Counted from the stretch's first letter, positions 50,103 to 60,413 are shown. The stretch: 64,000 bases of DNA from Promethearchaeia archaeon (GCA_029856045.1 JAHQWG010000047.1:96001-160000); one strand, 5' to 3'. The notes: generated by a model from the letters alone, not told the origin. Made by a program: numbers and translations.

Positions 50103-51107
50103 TTAGCTATAAAATCTTTTCAATACTCTTAGTGAGTTCAAAGTATTCCATTTGCTTAGTTTTCCTTTTCGTTCAATACTTGTTTGAAAACGTCCATTGA
50201 ATGTTCGTTCCATTTTCCATTTACCCACATTATCTTGCTTTTTAATCACAAGATCAATAGCATCTTGCATTCTCTCATCATTGTAACCTAAATTAAGTAA
50301 GATTTCCAACATTTCCAAGGCATCAGTCTGCCAAAGACGAGGAAATCCAAAAATTATCCAGTCTTTATGGGCAATTTGAGATAAATCATGACTTCTTTTA
50401 TAGAGATGATGTTTAAATAAGTAGTCAACTGAGTTCTCAATCGTATTCTTAATACTTTTAGAACGTTTATTTGGAGGAATTTCTGCGAGTGTTTTTAGCG
50501 TCTTTACTATACCCATTTGGCATGTGTGTGTTCCCCAACATTTTTCATATCTATAAGGCCAACCTTTTAGAGCTTCTGCTATTCCATCATCAAAACGTTG
50601 ATATTTTACAAGCCAGGCAATTGCTTTTTCAATTCTCGGGTCATCTAAATAACCAAATCTAATCATAGACCAAGCTATATTGCCGGTTAAACAAGGAATT
50701 ATGGCGTCACGATTACCTCCATTATTGAAATCGCCTCGACTTGAAAAACCTCCGCTTTCATAATCTTGGGAAATTTTAAGAAGAAATTCGCAAGTTTTTT
50801 TAATTCGCTCATCATTTCCATCGACACCAAGTTCTGCTAATATAATAAAGGACCAAACTGTTCCTTTATACTTAGATCTCTGATAAAAATCTCGAGCGAT
50901 CCCCCAATATCCTTCATTATTTTGCTTTGCAAGGATTTTAGGAACTGGTCCTATTTTCATTATTTCATTTCTTGATTTCTTTACTTGAGGATCACTAACA
51001 GATTTTCCTAAAATTTCAGTTAAAGTCAAATATCTCACAGAGGGATTATCTGGTTCTAATAACCATTCCGTTGGATCATCTTTTAAGTAAGATATCCAAT
51101 CATTCAT
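50103..51107 (-). CDS. Prenyltransferase/squalene-cyclase-like alpha-alpha toroid protein
   Basis: Repeated QW-like motifs: QNNEGYW, QDYESGGF, QRFDDG and QDNVGKW. Confidence 0.7.
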   Translation of the reverse strand: MNDWISYLKDDPTEWLLEPDNPSVRYLTLTEILGKSVSDPQVKKSRNEIMKIGPVPKILAKQNNEGYWGIARDFYQRSKYKGTVWSFIILAELGVDGNDERIKKTCEFLLKISQDYESGGFSSRGDFNNGGNRDAIIPCLTGNIAWSMIRFGYLDDPRIEKAIAWLVKYQRFDDGIAEALKGWPYRYEKCWGTHTCQMGIVKTLKTLAEIPPNKRSKSIKNTIENSVDYLFKHHLYKRSHDLSQIAHKDWIIFGFPRLWQTDALEMLEILLNLGYNDERMQDAIDLVIKKQDNVGKWKMERTFNGRFQTSIERKGKLSKWNTLNSLRVLKRFYS

Positions 51108-51122
51108 TATCTATACATAAAC

Positions 51123-52367
51123 TTAGCTTAATTTTTTAAAATTTTTATCAAGTAAAAGTGCAGCTTGAACCGTTATTAAACATGCTTCCCTTGAAATACT
51201 TTTATCAACTTTATCTATAGTATCATTTTCTGTATGCGCATATCTTGCGCTCTCACGAGTCATTACATCGATTGAATCATAGTTACGCTGATGAAAAGGT
51301 ACTGTATCAGTATGAGCTCCTGTAGCCAAATGAAAACCTTCAATATATAAACCAACTTTTTTTGCAGCTTGTTTTAAATATTTTGTTAAAGTGGGAGATA
51401 TATTTTTTTTTGGAATGCCATATGTTTCCATCATCTGTACTTTATGTTTTACTCCTTTAATTCCGAGCATCTCAAAATTGAATTGAAAGATTTTCCCAAC
51501 TACAAATTGATCTTCATAAATCTTACAAAAATTGCGGCTTCCCATAGTTCCAAGTTCTTCAGCGCCAAATTGACAGCACCAGATATTAAAATTATTGAGT
51601 GGGTGTTCTCTAAAGTATCTTGCAATTTCAAAGACACATGTCATACCACAAGCATTATCTAATGCTCCAAGAGATTTGTTTCCTGTAGTTAAAAGCATTA
51701 ATACGATATTATCTATCATAATTACAAGTGTAGCAATCCTAGCTGCGATTTTTATCCATTCGATATCCGTTATGATATCTATTAAAATAAAAATTGCCGC
51801 AAAAAATCCAGCATATAACCATATTTTATAAACTAATACGCGTATTGTTGTTGAATAAGCTTGAGATTTTGAATCAATATGTGCTGAAAATATTATGTTT
51901 CCAGCTTTATTAGGATTGATTTTTTTTGCAGGAACTTTTGTAAACACATTTTTTGATTCAATTAATGTTCCAAAATATTTTGCTACAAATGCTGTTTCTT
52001 CGGGATGCTTTAACCCTTTAAGTAAAAAATATACCAAAATTCCGGATATTGAAATTAAAACTAAGTCTAAAACGGTGTTTAAAATAGTGTGAAAATATGT
52101 AAATATAAAGAATAGGAACATATTAAAAAGAGATAGCATCATTATAAATTTAATTAACGTTGTAGAATAGAAATCAGAAAAAATAAAACTTTCTGTTGTT
52201 ATCTCATCATCATTAAATCCAATTTCTTTAAAAGTTTCCGCAACTTCTTTTATAGCTTGCTTTTCACCCTCAGTTCCAGATAATCGAGGATAAGAAAAAT
52301 GTTTAATATGTTTAAAAAGAATATCTTCATCAAAATACTTGTCTGCAATAAGTTGTTTATCTCTCAT
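51123..52367 (-). CDS. M28-family peptidase with inserted transmembrane helices
   Basis: PRLSGT, AHIDS, GALDNA, AEELG, TD and AHT..D; four hydrophobic segments. Confidence 0.85.
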   Translation of the reverse strand: MRDKQLIADKYFDEDILFKHIKHFSYPRLSGTEGEKQAIKEVAETFKEIGFNDDEITTESFIFSDFYSTTLIKFIMMLSLFNMFLFFIFTYFHTILNTVLDLVLISISGILVYFLLKGLKHPEETAFVAKYFGTLIESKNVFTKVPAKKINPNKAGNIIFSAHIDSKSQAYSTTIRVLVYKIWLYAGFFAAIFILIDIITDIEWIKIAARIATLVIMIDNIVLMLLTTGNKSLGALDNACGMTCVFEIARYFREHPLNNFNIWCCQFGAEELGTMGSRNFCKIYEDQFVVGKIFQFNFEMLGIKGVKHKVQMMETYGIPKKNISPTLTKYLKQAAKKVGLYIEGFHLATGAHTDTVPFHQRNYDSIDVMTRESARYAHTENDTIDKVDKSISREACLITVQAALLLDKNFKKLS

Positions 52368-52433
52368 ATAAAAATCCGATAATTAAAAAGATATTTAATC
52401 TATATATTTTAGTTAAGTATTTTATTTAATTAT

Positions 52434-53045
52434 TCATAACTTCAATTGGCTTTTTATGTAGTTTTGAATTTCTTTTTGAACTGATTCAATAGAATTCTCA
52501 GAATTTATGATTTTATATCCTTTCTCCTTTGCCCTCTCTAAAAATCTGCTGCGTGCTTTTACTAAAAAGTCTTGATTTTCAAATTTTTCTTTATTTTTAC
52601 CTATTGATTTTAAATGAGATAATTTTCTTTTTAATGAGACTTCAGGGTGTAGATCTAAAATTATTGTTATATCTGGCATTCCAACGAATTTGTTGATATT
52701 TTCAATCCAATCAATGGAAATCTCATCAGTTTGGGAAGATTGATATACAATTGAAGATTCAAGATATCGATCTGAAATTACAATATAACCATCTTCAAGT
52801 TTTTTCACTATCTCATTTTTATAGTGGATTAATCTATCTGCAGCAAATAGCAAGGCGTCGGTTTCTGGGGGGATATTTTCATCTAATAAAATCTTTTTTA
52901 ATAAATCTCCAATTATACTTGATGATGGTTCTTGTGTTAAATACACATTTAATCCCTTTTCTACTAAAAATTTTAATAATAATTGAGAATGAGTTGTAGT
53001 TCCGCTTCCGTCAATTCCTTCCAAAACAATAAATGCTCGTACCAT
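52434..53045 (-). CDS. tmk: Thymidylate kinase
   Basis: EGIDGSGTTT, EPS, LLFAADR and SDRY..SS..YQ. Confidence 0.93.
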   Translation of the reverse strand: MVRAFIVLEGIDGSGTTTHSQLLLKFLVEKGLNVYLTQEPSSSIIGDLLKKILLDENIPPETDALLFAADRLIHYKNEIVKKLEDGYIVISDRYLESSIVYQSSQTDEISIDWIENINKFVGMPDITIILDLHPEVSLKRKLSHLKSIGKNKEKFENQDFLVKARSRFLERAKEKGYKIINSENSIESVQKEIQNYIKSQLKL

Positions 53046-53091
53046 TATTATGTAAAAAATAAATAAGATTGTAATTAAACTTAATTAATCA

Positions 53092-54036
53092 ATGAATAGA
53101 AAAAATACTATTATTATTTTGTCAGTTTTTATTTTGATTGCCATTTTTATTGGATATGGCTTTTGGAATTATTTCCAATATCCTCAAGGCAATGAATTAT
53201 ATAAGGGTATGTTTATTTTTATAGTAAGTTCAATTTTTTTAATTATTTTTTTCAATTTAAGTTATAATAGTTATAAATATCTCTTCTTTGTATCTCTTGT
53301 TATAATTATTAGTTTATGGGCCTATAATTTCGTCATTTGTCGTTATTTCCTGATTTTTACGAAACTCGCTCAATTTCAATGGGGATTCATAAAAGTATTT
53401 ACCATGTGTTGCATTGCTCCTTTTTTTTCGGTTCAATCACTATATCTAATTACAAAATATGAACAAAAATTTGAAAGTAATGTTATAAAGGGGAAATATC
53501 ATATGCATGAAGGGTTCGCTGGTATAATTTTAATATTAATAGCGATTGGATTATGCTTAATACGGCTCACTTGGGTTCCTATAGAAAATAAAATACCTGG
53601 ATTATTCATAATTGGAACCTTTATTGTAATAATATTAACTTTACTCATAAATTTCGGTGGTTTTTTATTAGGAAGAGATTGGAAGGATGTTATTAGTTTA
53701 AAATTTTTTGCATTAAATTCTACTAAAAATGCAAATGGTAATGATAATGAATCAATAAGTGATGAAAAGAATAAGTTTTATACTAAAAAACCTTTAAATA
53801 CTTACCTTATAGGTATAATATTAACATCAACAGGTTTTTATTTTATCATTTTTACTACTGATATTTTTCCATATATTATTTTTTATATTCATTTTGAGGT
53901 TATAAGAATCATAGGTTGGTTTATATTATCAATTGGAGCAATATTAATTGGATATGATTGGGTTAGATTATTACAAAAATTTTTTCCAGATGATTATGGA
54001 AAATTAAATCAAAAATTAGAAAATAAAGTTAAATAA
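53092..54036 (+). CDS. Hypothetical polytopic membrane protein
   Basis: About 8 TM; HMHEG; GRDW/GYDW repeated at helix ends. Confidence 0.7.
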   Translation: MNRKNTIIILSVFILIAIFIGYGFWNYFQYPQGNELYKGMFIFIVSSIFLIIFFNLSYNSYKYLFFVSLVIIISLWAYNFVICRYFLIFTKLAQFQWGFIKVFTMCCIAPFFSVQSLYLITKYEQKFESNVIKGKYHMHEGFAGIILILIAIGLCLIRLTWVPIENKIPGLFIIGTFIVIILTLLINFGGFLLGRDWKDVISLKFFALNSTKNANGNDNESISDEKNKFYTKKPLNTYLIGIILTSTGFYFIIFTTDIFPYIIFYIHFEVIRIIGWFILSIGAILIGYDWVRLLQKFFPDDYGKLNQKLENKVK

Positions 54037-54065
54037 AATACAAACGATTATAAAATTAGAAGAAA

Positions 54066-54545
54066 ATGATATCGAAAAATCAGTTAAACTTTTGTCCGAT
54101 TTGTAAAAAATATGTAGAAATTGGGAGAAGACCTTTTAATGATAATGTACTCATAATATGGACAATAATTTTAATTATTACATTAGGTTTAGCAACACCA
54201 GTGCTAATTTATCTATATTTTAGAAGAAAAAAGAATAGATGTAAAAAATGTAATAATATTGTTATTATCATCCCTCCAGGTCAAGATTTAACTAAAATTG
54301 TTGAATTACCGAAAAAAATGTATTCCATTCCCTCTGAAGAGGTCTATAAGGATACTTCAAAGTCAGAGATAGAGACCACTGAAAAATTATTAGAACCTGA
54401 ACAAGTTCAAGAAACTCCACAGATTAAAAATACTGTTATTTTTTATAGAAAGATTGCTTTTTGCCCATTCTGTGGTTCTAAAATTTCTGATGAGGGACAA
54501 AATTTATGTTCTAAATGTGGAGCCGACTTAAATGAAGGGGATTGA
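54066..54545 (+). CDS. LITAF-like zinc-knuckle membrane protein with C-terminal zinc ribbon (paralog 1)
   Basis: CPIC-hydrophobic stretch-NRCKKC; P/E/Q linker; CPFCG...CSKCG. Confidence 0.75.
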   Translation: MISKNQLNFCPICKKYVEIGRRPFNDNVLIIWTIILIITLGLATPVLIYLYFRRKKNRCKKCNNIVIIIPPGQDLTKIVELPKKMYSIPSEEVYKDTSKSEIETTEKLLEPEQVQETPQIKNTVIFYRKIAFCPFCGSKISDEGQNLCSKCGADLNEGD

Positions 54546-54630
54546 AAATGGACTAAAGTACCCTTAAATAGCTAAGTTGATATTTTAAAAATAAAGAATA
54601 TTAAAAATATAATATTGGGTGTAAAAAAAC

Positions 54631-55032
54631 ATTCCATATGGATATTGTCCAAACTGTCGTCAAAACGTGCTTCTTGTTCGCGAAGATATTGATTGGATGT
54701 TAGCATTTTTTCTAATTTGTTTCACTTGTGGTTGTGGACTATTTATATATCTCATAATTTATTATAGTAAACCAGAAAATAGATGTGTGCACTGTTATTC
54801 TATAGTTCCAGGTTTACAGCAACCTACTCAACCTTATGAGGTTCATCCTCCTTCTCAGAAAGTTTCTCAGCCCTATGAAGTTCAAACACCTCAAGAAGAT
54901 ATTTATGAAATATCACAAAATCAAAATATTACACCTGAAAAAGAGATTAGAACCAACTATTGTCCCTATTGTGGAGAGAAAATTGAGGAAAATGCACGTT
55001 TTTGTGCTGGTTGCGGTGCAAAAATTATTTAA
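54631..55032 (+). CDS. LITAF-like zinc-knuckle membrane protein with C-terminal zinc ribbon (paralog 2), ATT start
   Basis: (M)PYGYCPNCRQNV-hydrophobic-ENRCVHC; CPYCG...CAGCG; first CxxC lies upstream of the GTG at 54667; in-frame TAA at 54622; GGGTG upstream. Confidence 0.75.
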   Translation: MPYGYCPNCRQNVLLVREDIDWMLAFFLICFTCGCGLFIYLIIYYSKPENRCVHCYSIVPGLQQPTQPYEVHPPSQKVSQPYEVQTPQEDIYEISQNQNITPEKEIRTNYCPYCGEKIEENARFCAGCGAKII

Positions 55033-55120
55033 TTTTATTATAATAATATAAAAATCATTATATGAAAAAATAATCCTAAAATCAAAAAAACACAAAAATT
55101 GAAGAAAAGAGGCTTTAAAA

Positions 55121-55495
55121 ATTACTTACGGATATTGTGATCAATGTAAGCAAAACGTGCTCCTTGCAAGAGAAGAGATTGACTTGTGTCTAGCAATAAT
55201 TTTATTAATTTTTACAGCTGGAATTGGACTAATAATTTATCTTATGATTTATTACTCACGAAGCGAGAATAGGTGCATTCACTGTAATTCAATTGTATCG
55301 TCACAATCACCTGGTTACATTCCTCAACCTAAATCTAGTCAATTACAAACCACTGAAGTGGAATATAATCAAGAAGATCAAAATCAAGTTGTTGCATCTC
55401 AAGAACCTGTAAAACAGGAATACTGTCAATTCTGTGGAGAAGAACTTGAAAAAGGCGCCCAATTTTGCAGGGAATGTGGCACTAAAGTTCCTTAA
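55121..55495 (+). CDS. LITAF-like zinc-knuckle membrane protein with C-terminal zinc ribbon (paralog 3), ATT start
   Basis: (M)TYGYCDQCKQNV-hydrophobic-ENRCIHC; CQFCG...CRECG; in-frame TGA at 55100; GAGG SD at 55109. Confidence 0.75.
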   Translation: MTYGYCDQCKQNVLLAREEIDLCLAIILLIFTAGIGLIIYLMIYYSRSENRCIHCNSIVSSQSPGYIPQPKSSQLQTTEVEYNQEDQNQVVASQEPVKQEYCQFCGEELEKGAQFCRECGTKVP

Positions 55496-55630
55496 TTACT
55501 TTTTTTTAAAAAACTTTTATTAGATTAAAATTTAGTTTTAAATATATAAACAAAATAAGTCATAATAATACTTATCTTCTTGTTTGAATTCATATTTTTA
55601 ATATAGAATTTTAAGATATTTTGTTTAATT

Positions 55631-57013
55631 ATGAGTAATAAATCAAATGAAGAGATTTTTCCAATTTTTGAGGAAATTTCTAACAGTTTTAAACGTGAGA
55701 ATCAATATTTTGATATTTTATTTGATTCCATATCATCAGTGAGGATTAAAAAATCACTTAAAGAAGAAACTATTTCAATCAATACAAAAAAATCAGGAAT
55801 TGTTGCTCGAACATTCATAGGATCTTGGAAGGAATTTGCTACACAAGATGTCTCAGAATTAAAAAACATTGAAAAAAAATTACCAAAAGTTATCAATAAA
55901 GGGGAAGAAATAAATGAATTTGAAGCATGGAAGATAAATAAAGAAATAAAACCCAAGATTAATCCTTCTGACATTCCCATAGACGAAAAGATTCAAAAAA
56001 TAAGAGGTATTTTCAATTATTTAAGTAAATATGATGAAAGAATTATTAATCCAACAATTTTCTACTCAGAAAGTTTAATGACACGCATTTTTTTCAATAA
56101 TGAAGGATGTCAATTGCGGCAGGTGTTGCCTAGAATTAGAATTTTTATTCAACCTGTTGTAAAAGAAGGATCAACAATAGATTTCGATTATTTTTCTACT
56201 GGAGGCGAAAAGGGTTATGAGATAATCGAAGAAATACTTGATAATAAGTTAGAACAAATTGCTAAAAATTCTTTGGAAATGTTAAAGGCTGATACTCCTC
56301 CTTCAGGAAAATTTCCCATCATTTTAGATCCCGATATGGCTGGTCTAATAGCACATGAGAGTTTTGGACATGGATTGGAAGCGGATCAGATTTTAAGGGA
56401 TAGAAGTTATTTAAAAGATAAATTAAATAAAAAGGTTGCCTCTGAAATATGTGTAATATGTGACTCCCCAAATTTAAAAAATGAATTGGGATCCTATTTT
56501 TTTGATGATGAGGGAATTCCTGCTGGGAAAAACATTTTAGTTAAGGAGGGAATTTTAAAAAATTTTTTACACAATAGACACACCGCTTCATTGTTAAATG
56601 GTATTCCTAAAGGAAATGGAAGAAGAGAATCTTTTGCTCATCCTGTTTATGTTAGAATGACTAACACCTATTTTGAGCCAGGAGACTATAACCTTGATGA
56701 GATGATATCAGAAATTAAATATGGAGTAATCCCAACTCGAGGTTATTTTGGAATGGAAGATCCATTAGGTGGTGGGATGCAATGCTCATCTAAGAAAGGA
56801 TATTTGATTGAAAATGGCGAACGAACGAAATTACTTAAATCCATTACTTTAAGCGGTCCAGTTTTGGAATTATTACAAAATATTGATGCAATTAGTAATG
56901 ATAACTTAAATTTACATGGAGGAACTTGTGGGAAAGGTGTTGAAGACTTCATTCCGGTAACAACTGGGGGTAGTTTTATTAGAGTTAAAAATGCTTTAAT
57001 TAGTCCAGGGTGA
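55631..57013 (+). CDS. tldD: TldD metalloprotease subunit
   Basis: HESFGHGLEAD, DDEG, GNGRR, RMTNT and C-terminal CGK. Confidence 0.9.
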   Translation: MSNKSNEEIFPIFEEISNSFKRENQYFDILFDSISSVRIKKSLKEETISINTKKSGIVARTFIGSWKEFATQDVSELKNIEKKLPKVINKGEEINEFEAWKINKEIKPKINPSDIPIDEKIQKIRGIFNYLSKYDERIINPTIFYSESLMTRIFFNNEGCQLRQVLPRIRIFIQPVVKEGSTIDFDYFSTGGEKGYEIIEEILDNKLEQIAKNSLEMLKADTPPSGKFPIILDPDMAGLIAHESFGHGLEADQILRDRSYLKDKLNKKVASEICVICDSPNLKNELGSYFFDDEGIPAGKNILVKEGILKNFLHNRHTASLLNGIPKGNGRRESFAHPVYVRMTNTYFEPGDYNLDEMISEIKYGVIPTRGYFGMEDPLGGGMQCSSKKGYLIENGERTKLLKSITLSGPVLELLQNIDAISNDNLNLHGGTCGKGVEDFIPVTTGGSFIRVKNALISPG

Positions 57014-57020
57014 AAAAGAA

Positions 57021-58349
57021 ATGAATAATGAAAAAGTAGAATTAATTAGAAAAGCTCTTCAATCGAAAAATGTTGAGGAATATGAAATATATCTTGTTTC
57101 TCAACAAATTTATGAAACGCAATTTTTAAAAAATCAAATTGATTCTGAAAGAGAAATAAATGATTTAGAATATATAATTAGGATATTATCTCAGAGAAAT
57201 AATGAAACCGGAATTGGGATAGTTAAGGGAAATTCGATAGATCCTAAAGAAATTGAGAAATATATAAATACATGTTTATTATTGGCAAAAAATAACTCTA
57301 CTTCTAAATATAACTTTCCTGAAAAAAAATCAATTTCGCAGATTATTACAGCCGATCAGAAATTAATAAAAGATCCAATTAGAGCCAAAAAAGAGATTTG
57401 TGAAGAATTAATAACAGAAATCAATGAATATAAAGATGTAACACCTACTTTTGGTCGTTTTAGAATACATATCCAAAAAAGATTCTTAAATAATAGCAAT
57501 GGAATAGATTTAGATGATTTAAGAACTTTTTTTTACCTTGAATTTTCCTTGAAGGCACAAGAAAACGGAAAATTATCTGAAAGTTGGGAAAGTGAATATA
57601 TTAAAGAGAGAGAGCATCTAAATTTTAATGAACGAGTTGAAAAATGGGCTAGGATTGCTAAGGATACTTTAAAAGCACAACCTCCTAAATCAAATAAACA
57701 AGCCCTTGTTATTTTTACACCAAGCCTTTTAAAATATGCAATTAATCCCGTTGTTGGTTTTCATGCATTGGGAAGAGCATTTCACGAAAAAGTTTCTAAA
57801 TTTAATTTAAATGAGAAAGTTGCATCCGATAATTTCACTATTATTGACAACGGGTTACTTGAGGGAGGATTACTGACAAATTCTTGGGATGGAGAAGGAA
57901 ATGCTCAACAGAAAAACGAAATAATTGAGAATGGAATTTTTAAAAAACGCTTATTTGATCAAAAATATGCGATTTTAGGGAACACAATTTCAACTGGAAA
58001 TGGCATAAGGACAGAAAATGGTTCAATTACTAACGGGAACACAAATCTTCAAATTTTGCCGGGTGATATTTCTTTAGAGGAAATGATTTCAAATGTGAAA
58101 GAAGGTTATTATATTGAAAAATGTTCATGGCTAAATCCAGATGAATTTTCAGGTTCTTTTGGAGCAGAAATAAGAAATGGATATTTCATTAAAAATGGTA
58201 GATTCTCGAATCCAATAAAAGGTGGAAATGTTAGCGGAAATATCTTAGAAATGATAAAAAATTGTCAGTATATCTCAAAAGAAACTGAGTTTTCTTCAGA
58301 TTCACTTTTTCCATATATTGCATTTCCTAATCTGACAATCTCATTTTGA
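57021..58349 (+). CDS. pmbA: TldE/PmbA non-catalytic partner
   Basis: WDGEG, TGNG and SGSF...G; lacks HExxH; adjacent to tldD. Confidence 0.82.
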   Translation: MNNEKVELIRKALQSKNVEEYEIYLVSQQIYETQFLKNQIDSEREINDLEYIIRILSQRNNETGIGIVKGNSIDPKEIEKYINTCLLLAKNNSTSKYNFPEKKSISQIITADQKLIKDPIRAKKEICEELITEINEYKDVTPTFGRFRIHIQKRFLNNSNGIDLDDLRTFFYLEFSLKAQENGKLSESWESEYIKEREHLNFNERVEKWARIAKDTLKAQPPKSNKQALVIFTPSLLKYAINPVVGFHALGRAFHEKVSKFNLNEKVASDNFTIIDNGLLEGGLLTNSWDGEGNAQQKNEIIENGIFKKRLFDQKYAILGNTISTGNGIRTENGSITNGNTNLQILPGDISLEEMISNVKEGYYIEKCSWLNPDEFSGSFGAEIRNGYFIKNGRFSNPIKGGNVSGNILEMIKNCQYISKETEFSSDSLFPYIAFPNLTISF

Positions 58350-58518
58350 AATTAAATTCGAATTGAAATTCTCTAAAAGATGTTAAGAAAATTAATATTT
58401 AAAAAAACGTTTTTTGTATTATAAAAATAATCTCTAATAGCGAGAAATTATATAAAAATTGTATATTTTTGTATAATCTCAAAACTCGATTATTAAATTA
58501 AAATAATTTTGATGGTAA

Positions 58519-59667
58519 ATGAAAGAATTATCCAAAAAGGTAAAATTAGCGCCTAAGTCCCAGATACGGGAATTGTTTGACATCGCAGCCGGCAGAAAAG
58601 ATGTCATTAGTTTGGGAATAGGGCAACCTGATTTTAGGACACCAGAACCAATTATCAAGGCAAATATAAAAGCATTAGAGGATGGAATCACAATGTATGC
58701 TCCTACTCGAGGGCAACCTGAGTTAATCGAATTAATTGCTAAAAAACTAAAAAGGGTAAATAATCTTGATGTTGGAACTGATAATGTAATTGTGACTAAT
58801 GGTGGATCTCAAGCAATCACCTTTTCATTTGCTTCTCTATTTAATCCTGGTGATGAATTAATTTTAAGCTCACCTAATTTCATTTCTTATTTCTATTGTG
58901 GAATATTTTACGGGATAAATGTTATAGAATCAAAAAGAAACAAAGATTTTAGTCCCAATATTGATAATATAAAGGATAAGATTACAGATAAAACAAAAGC
59001 GATTCTTATTAATTCTCCTAATAATCCAACTGGATACGTTTTGAATAAAAAAGAGATTGAAGATATTGCTGACATTGTTATTGAAAATGATCTTTATTTA
59101 ATCAGCGATGAAGCATATGAAAACTATCTTTATGATGATGCCATACACATTAGTCCTGCATCATTAAATGGAATGCAAGAAAGAACAATAACACTTAATG
59201 CCATGTCAAAATTATTTTCAGCAACAGGAATCCGTCTGGGGTATGTCGCAGCACCTACACATATTATAGACCTAATGGAAAAATATCAACAATATACTGT
59301 AGCTGGTACAAACCATGCCGCCCAATTCGGTTTTATCGCGGCTTTAAAAATGGATTCTCAATTCTTTGAAAAAATCTTAAAAGATTATAATGCTCGAAGA
59401 TTGTTTTGCTATAAAAGATTAAGCGAAATGGGGTTTGATGTGGTGAAACCGAAAGGTGCCTTTTATATTATGCCAGGTATCTCAAATTTTAAAATTTCTT
59501 CAGATGATTTCTCAAAGAAAATTATTGAAGAAAAAGGGGTGGCAATAGTTCCCGGTTCTATTTTTGGAAGCTTTTCCAATGATAAATTAAGGATATCTTA
59601 TGCTACTTCCATGAAAAATCTTAAAATCGCTATGGACAGAATCGAAGATTTCACCAAATCTTTTTAA
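58519..59667 (+). CDS. Aspartate/aromatic aminotransferase class I
   Basis: LGIGQPDF, NSPNNPTG, SDEAY, SKLFSATGIRLG and RISYA. Confidence 0.9.
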   Translation: MKELSKKVKLAPKSQIRELFDIAAGRKDVISLGIGQPDFRTPEPIIKANIKALEDGITMYAPTRGQPELIELIAKKLKRVNNLDVGTDNVIVTNGGSQAITFSFASLFNPGDELILSSPNFISYFYCGIFYGINVIESKRNKDFSPNIDNIKDKITDKTKAILINSPNNPTGYVLNKKEIEDIADIVIENDLYLISDEAYENYLYDDAIHISPASLNGMQERTITLNAMSKLFSATGIRLGYVAAPTHIIDLMEKYQQYTVAGTNHAAQFGFIAALKMDSQFFEKILKDYNARRLFCYKRLSEMGFDVVKPKGAFYIMPGISNFKISSDDFSKKIIEEKGVAIVPGSIFGSFSNDKLRISYATSMKNLKIAMDRIEDFTKSF

Positions 59668-59915
59668 AAATTTTATGAAAAACGCTCTCAACTATTCAAT
59701 TATAGAGCAGACATCTATTATTTCTAAAAAATCATTCTTATTAGAATTTAAACTAGATTAATTTATTCGGTCTCATATAATTTGGCGGTTGATATCTTTA
59801 ATTTTTACCCTTATATTGACTATTTTTTAAATTATTTATTGCAATTGTGTTGTAAAAAACAGCATAACTCCTAGTTATTATCTTTTTTTCTCAAAAAGAT
59901 ATAAAATATTAAGCT

Positions 59916-60413
59916 TTATTCTTCCCTTAGTTGAAGCATAATATCAAATAGAAACTTCTTTTCGCTTTTCTTTACCATAACTGGATACCAATTAAGAAAC
60001 TCTTCAAAACCTAATTCAAAACCATATTCTCCTTTTGTTTCACCTATGTATTCATGTTCGCTTTCATTGACCCATTTCCATAAACTCGCCCATATTTCAC
60101 CTATTTCTTCTAACCCCTCACATCGAGCTACTGCATAAAGCCCCCCAGGTATTATACGAATAGAAATTCCTTTCTCATTCGTAATATCAGGTGTAATTGT
60201 TATAAAATAACCATATCCATGCGGTTCAGGTTTCTCTGTTGGATATGTATTTCGCCCAAAAATTCGAGTTTTGGAACCCTTATTTAATAACCCCTTCTCT
60301 TTTGCCCAGGTTTCCGTCTTTTTCCATGCATCATCTTCTGGCGTCTCTGAAAATGCGTGAAAATACGCAGCACGCATAGATTTAATCCTCTCAAGTCTAA
60401 TTTTTTCACTCAT
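59916..60413 (-). CDS. GyrI-like small-molecule-binding protein
   Basis: PE..AW, IPGGLYAV...W..L..W pattern; ATG at 60413. Confidence 0.8.
   Translation of the reverse strand: MSEKIRLERIKSMRAAYFHAFSETPEDDAWKKTETWAKEKGLLNKGSKTRIFGRNTYPTEKPEPHGYGYFITITPDITNEKGISIRIIPGGLYAVARCEGLEEIGEIWASLWKWVNESEHEYIGETKGEYGFELGFEEFLNWYPVMVKKSEKKFLFDIMLQLREE

Noticed and set aside
29645-51107. Eukaryote-like CAAX prenylation system (ICMT-like + prenyltransferase-like + SCP2)
   Set aside because: The genes are up to about 20 kb apart and unlinked, and each belongs to a family widespread in prokaryotes.
54066-58349. TldD/E as a RiPP maturation system acting on the upstream small Cys-rich proteins
   Set aside because: No YcaO, radical SAM or precursor-like leader nearby; tldDE is a common housekeeping pair, and the small proteins look like zinc-binding membrane proteins.
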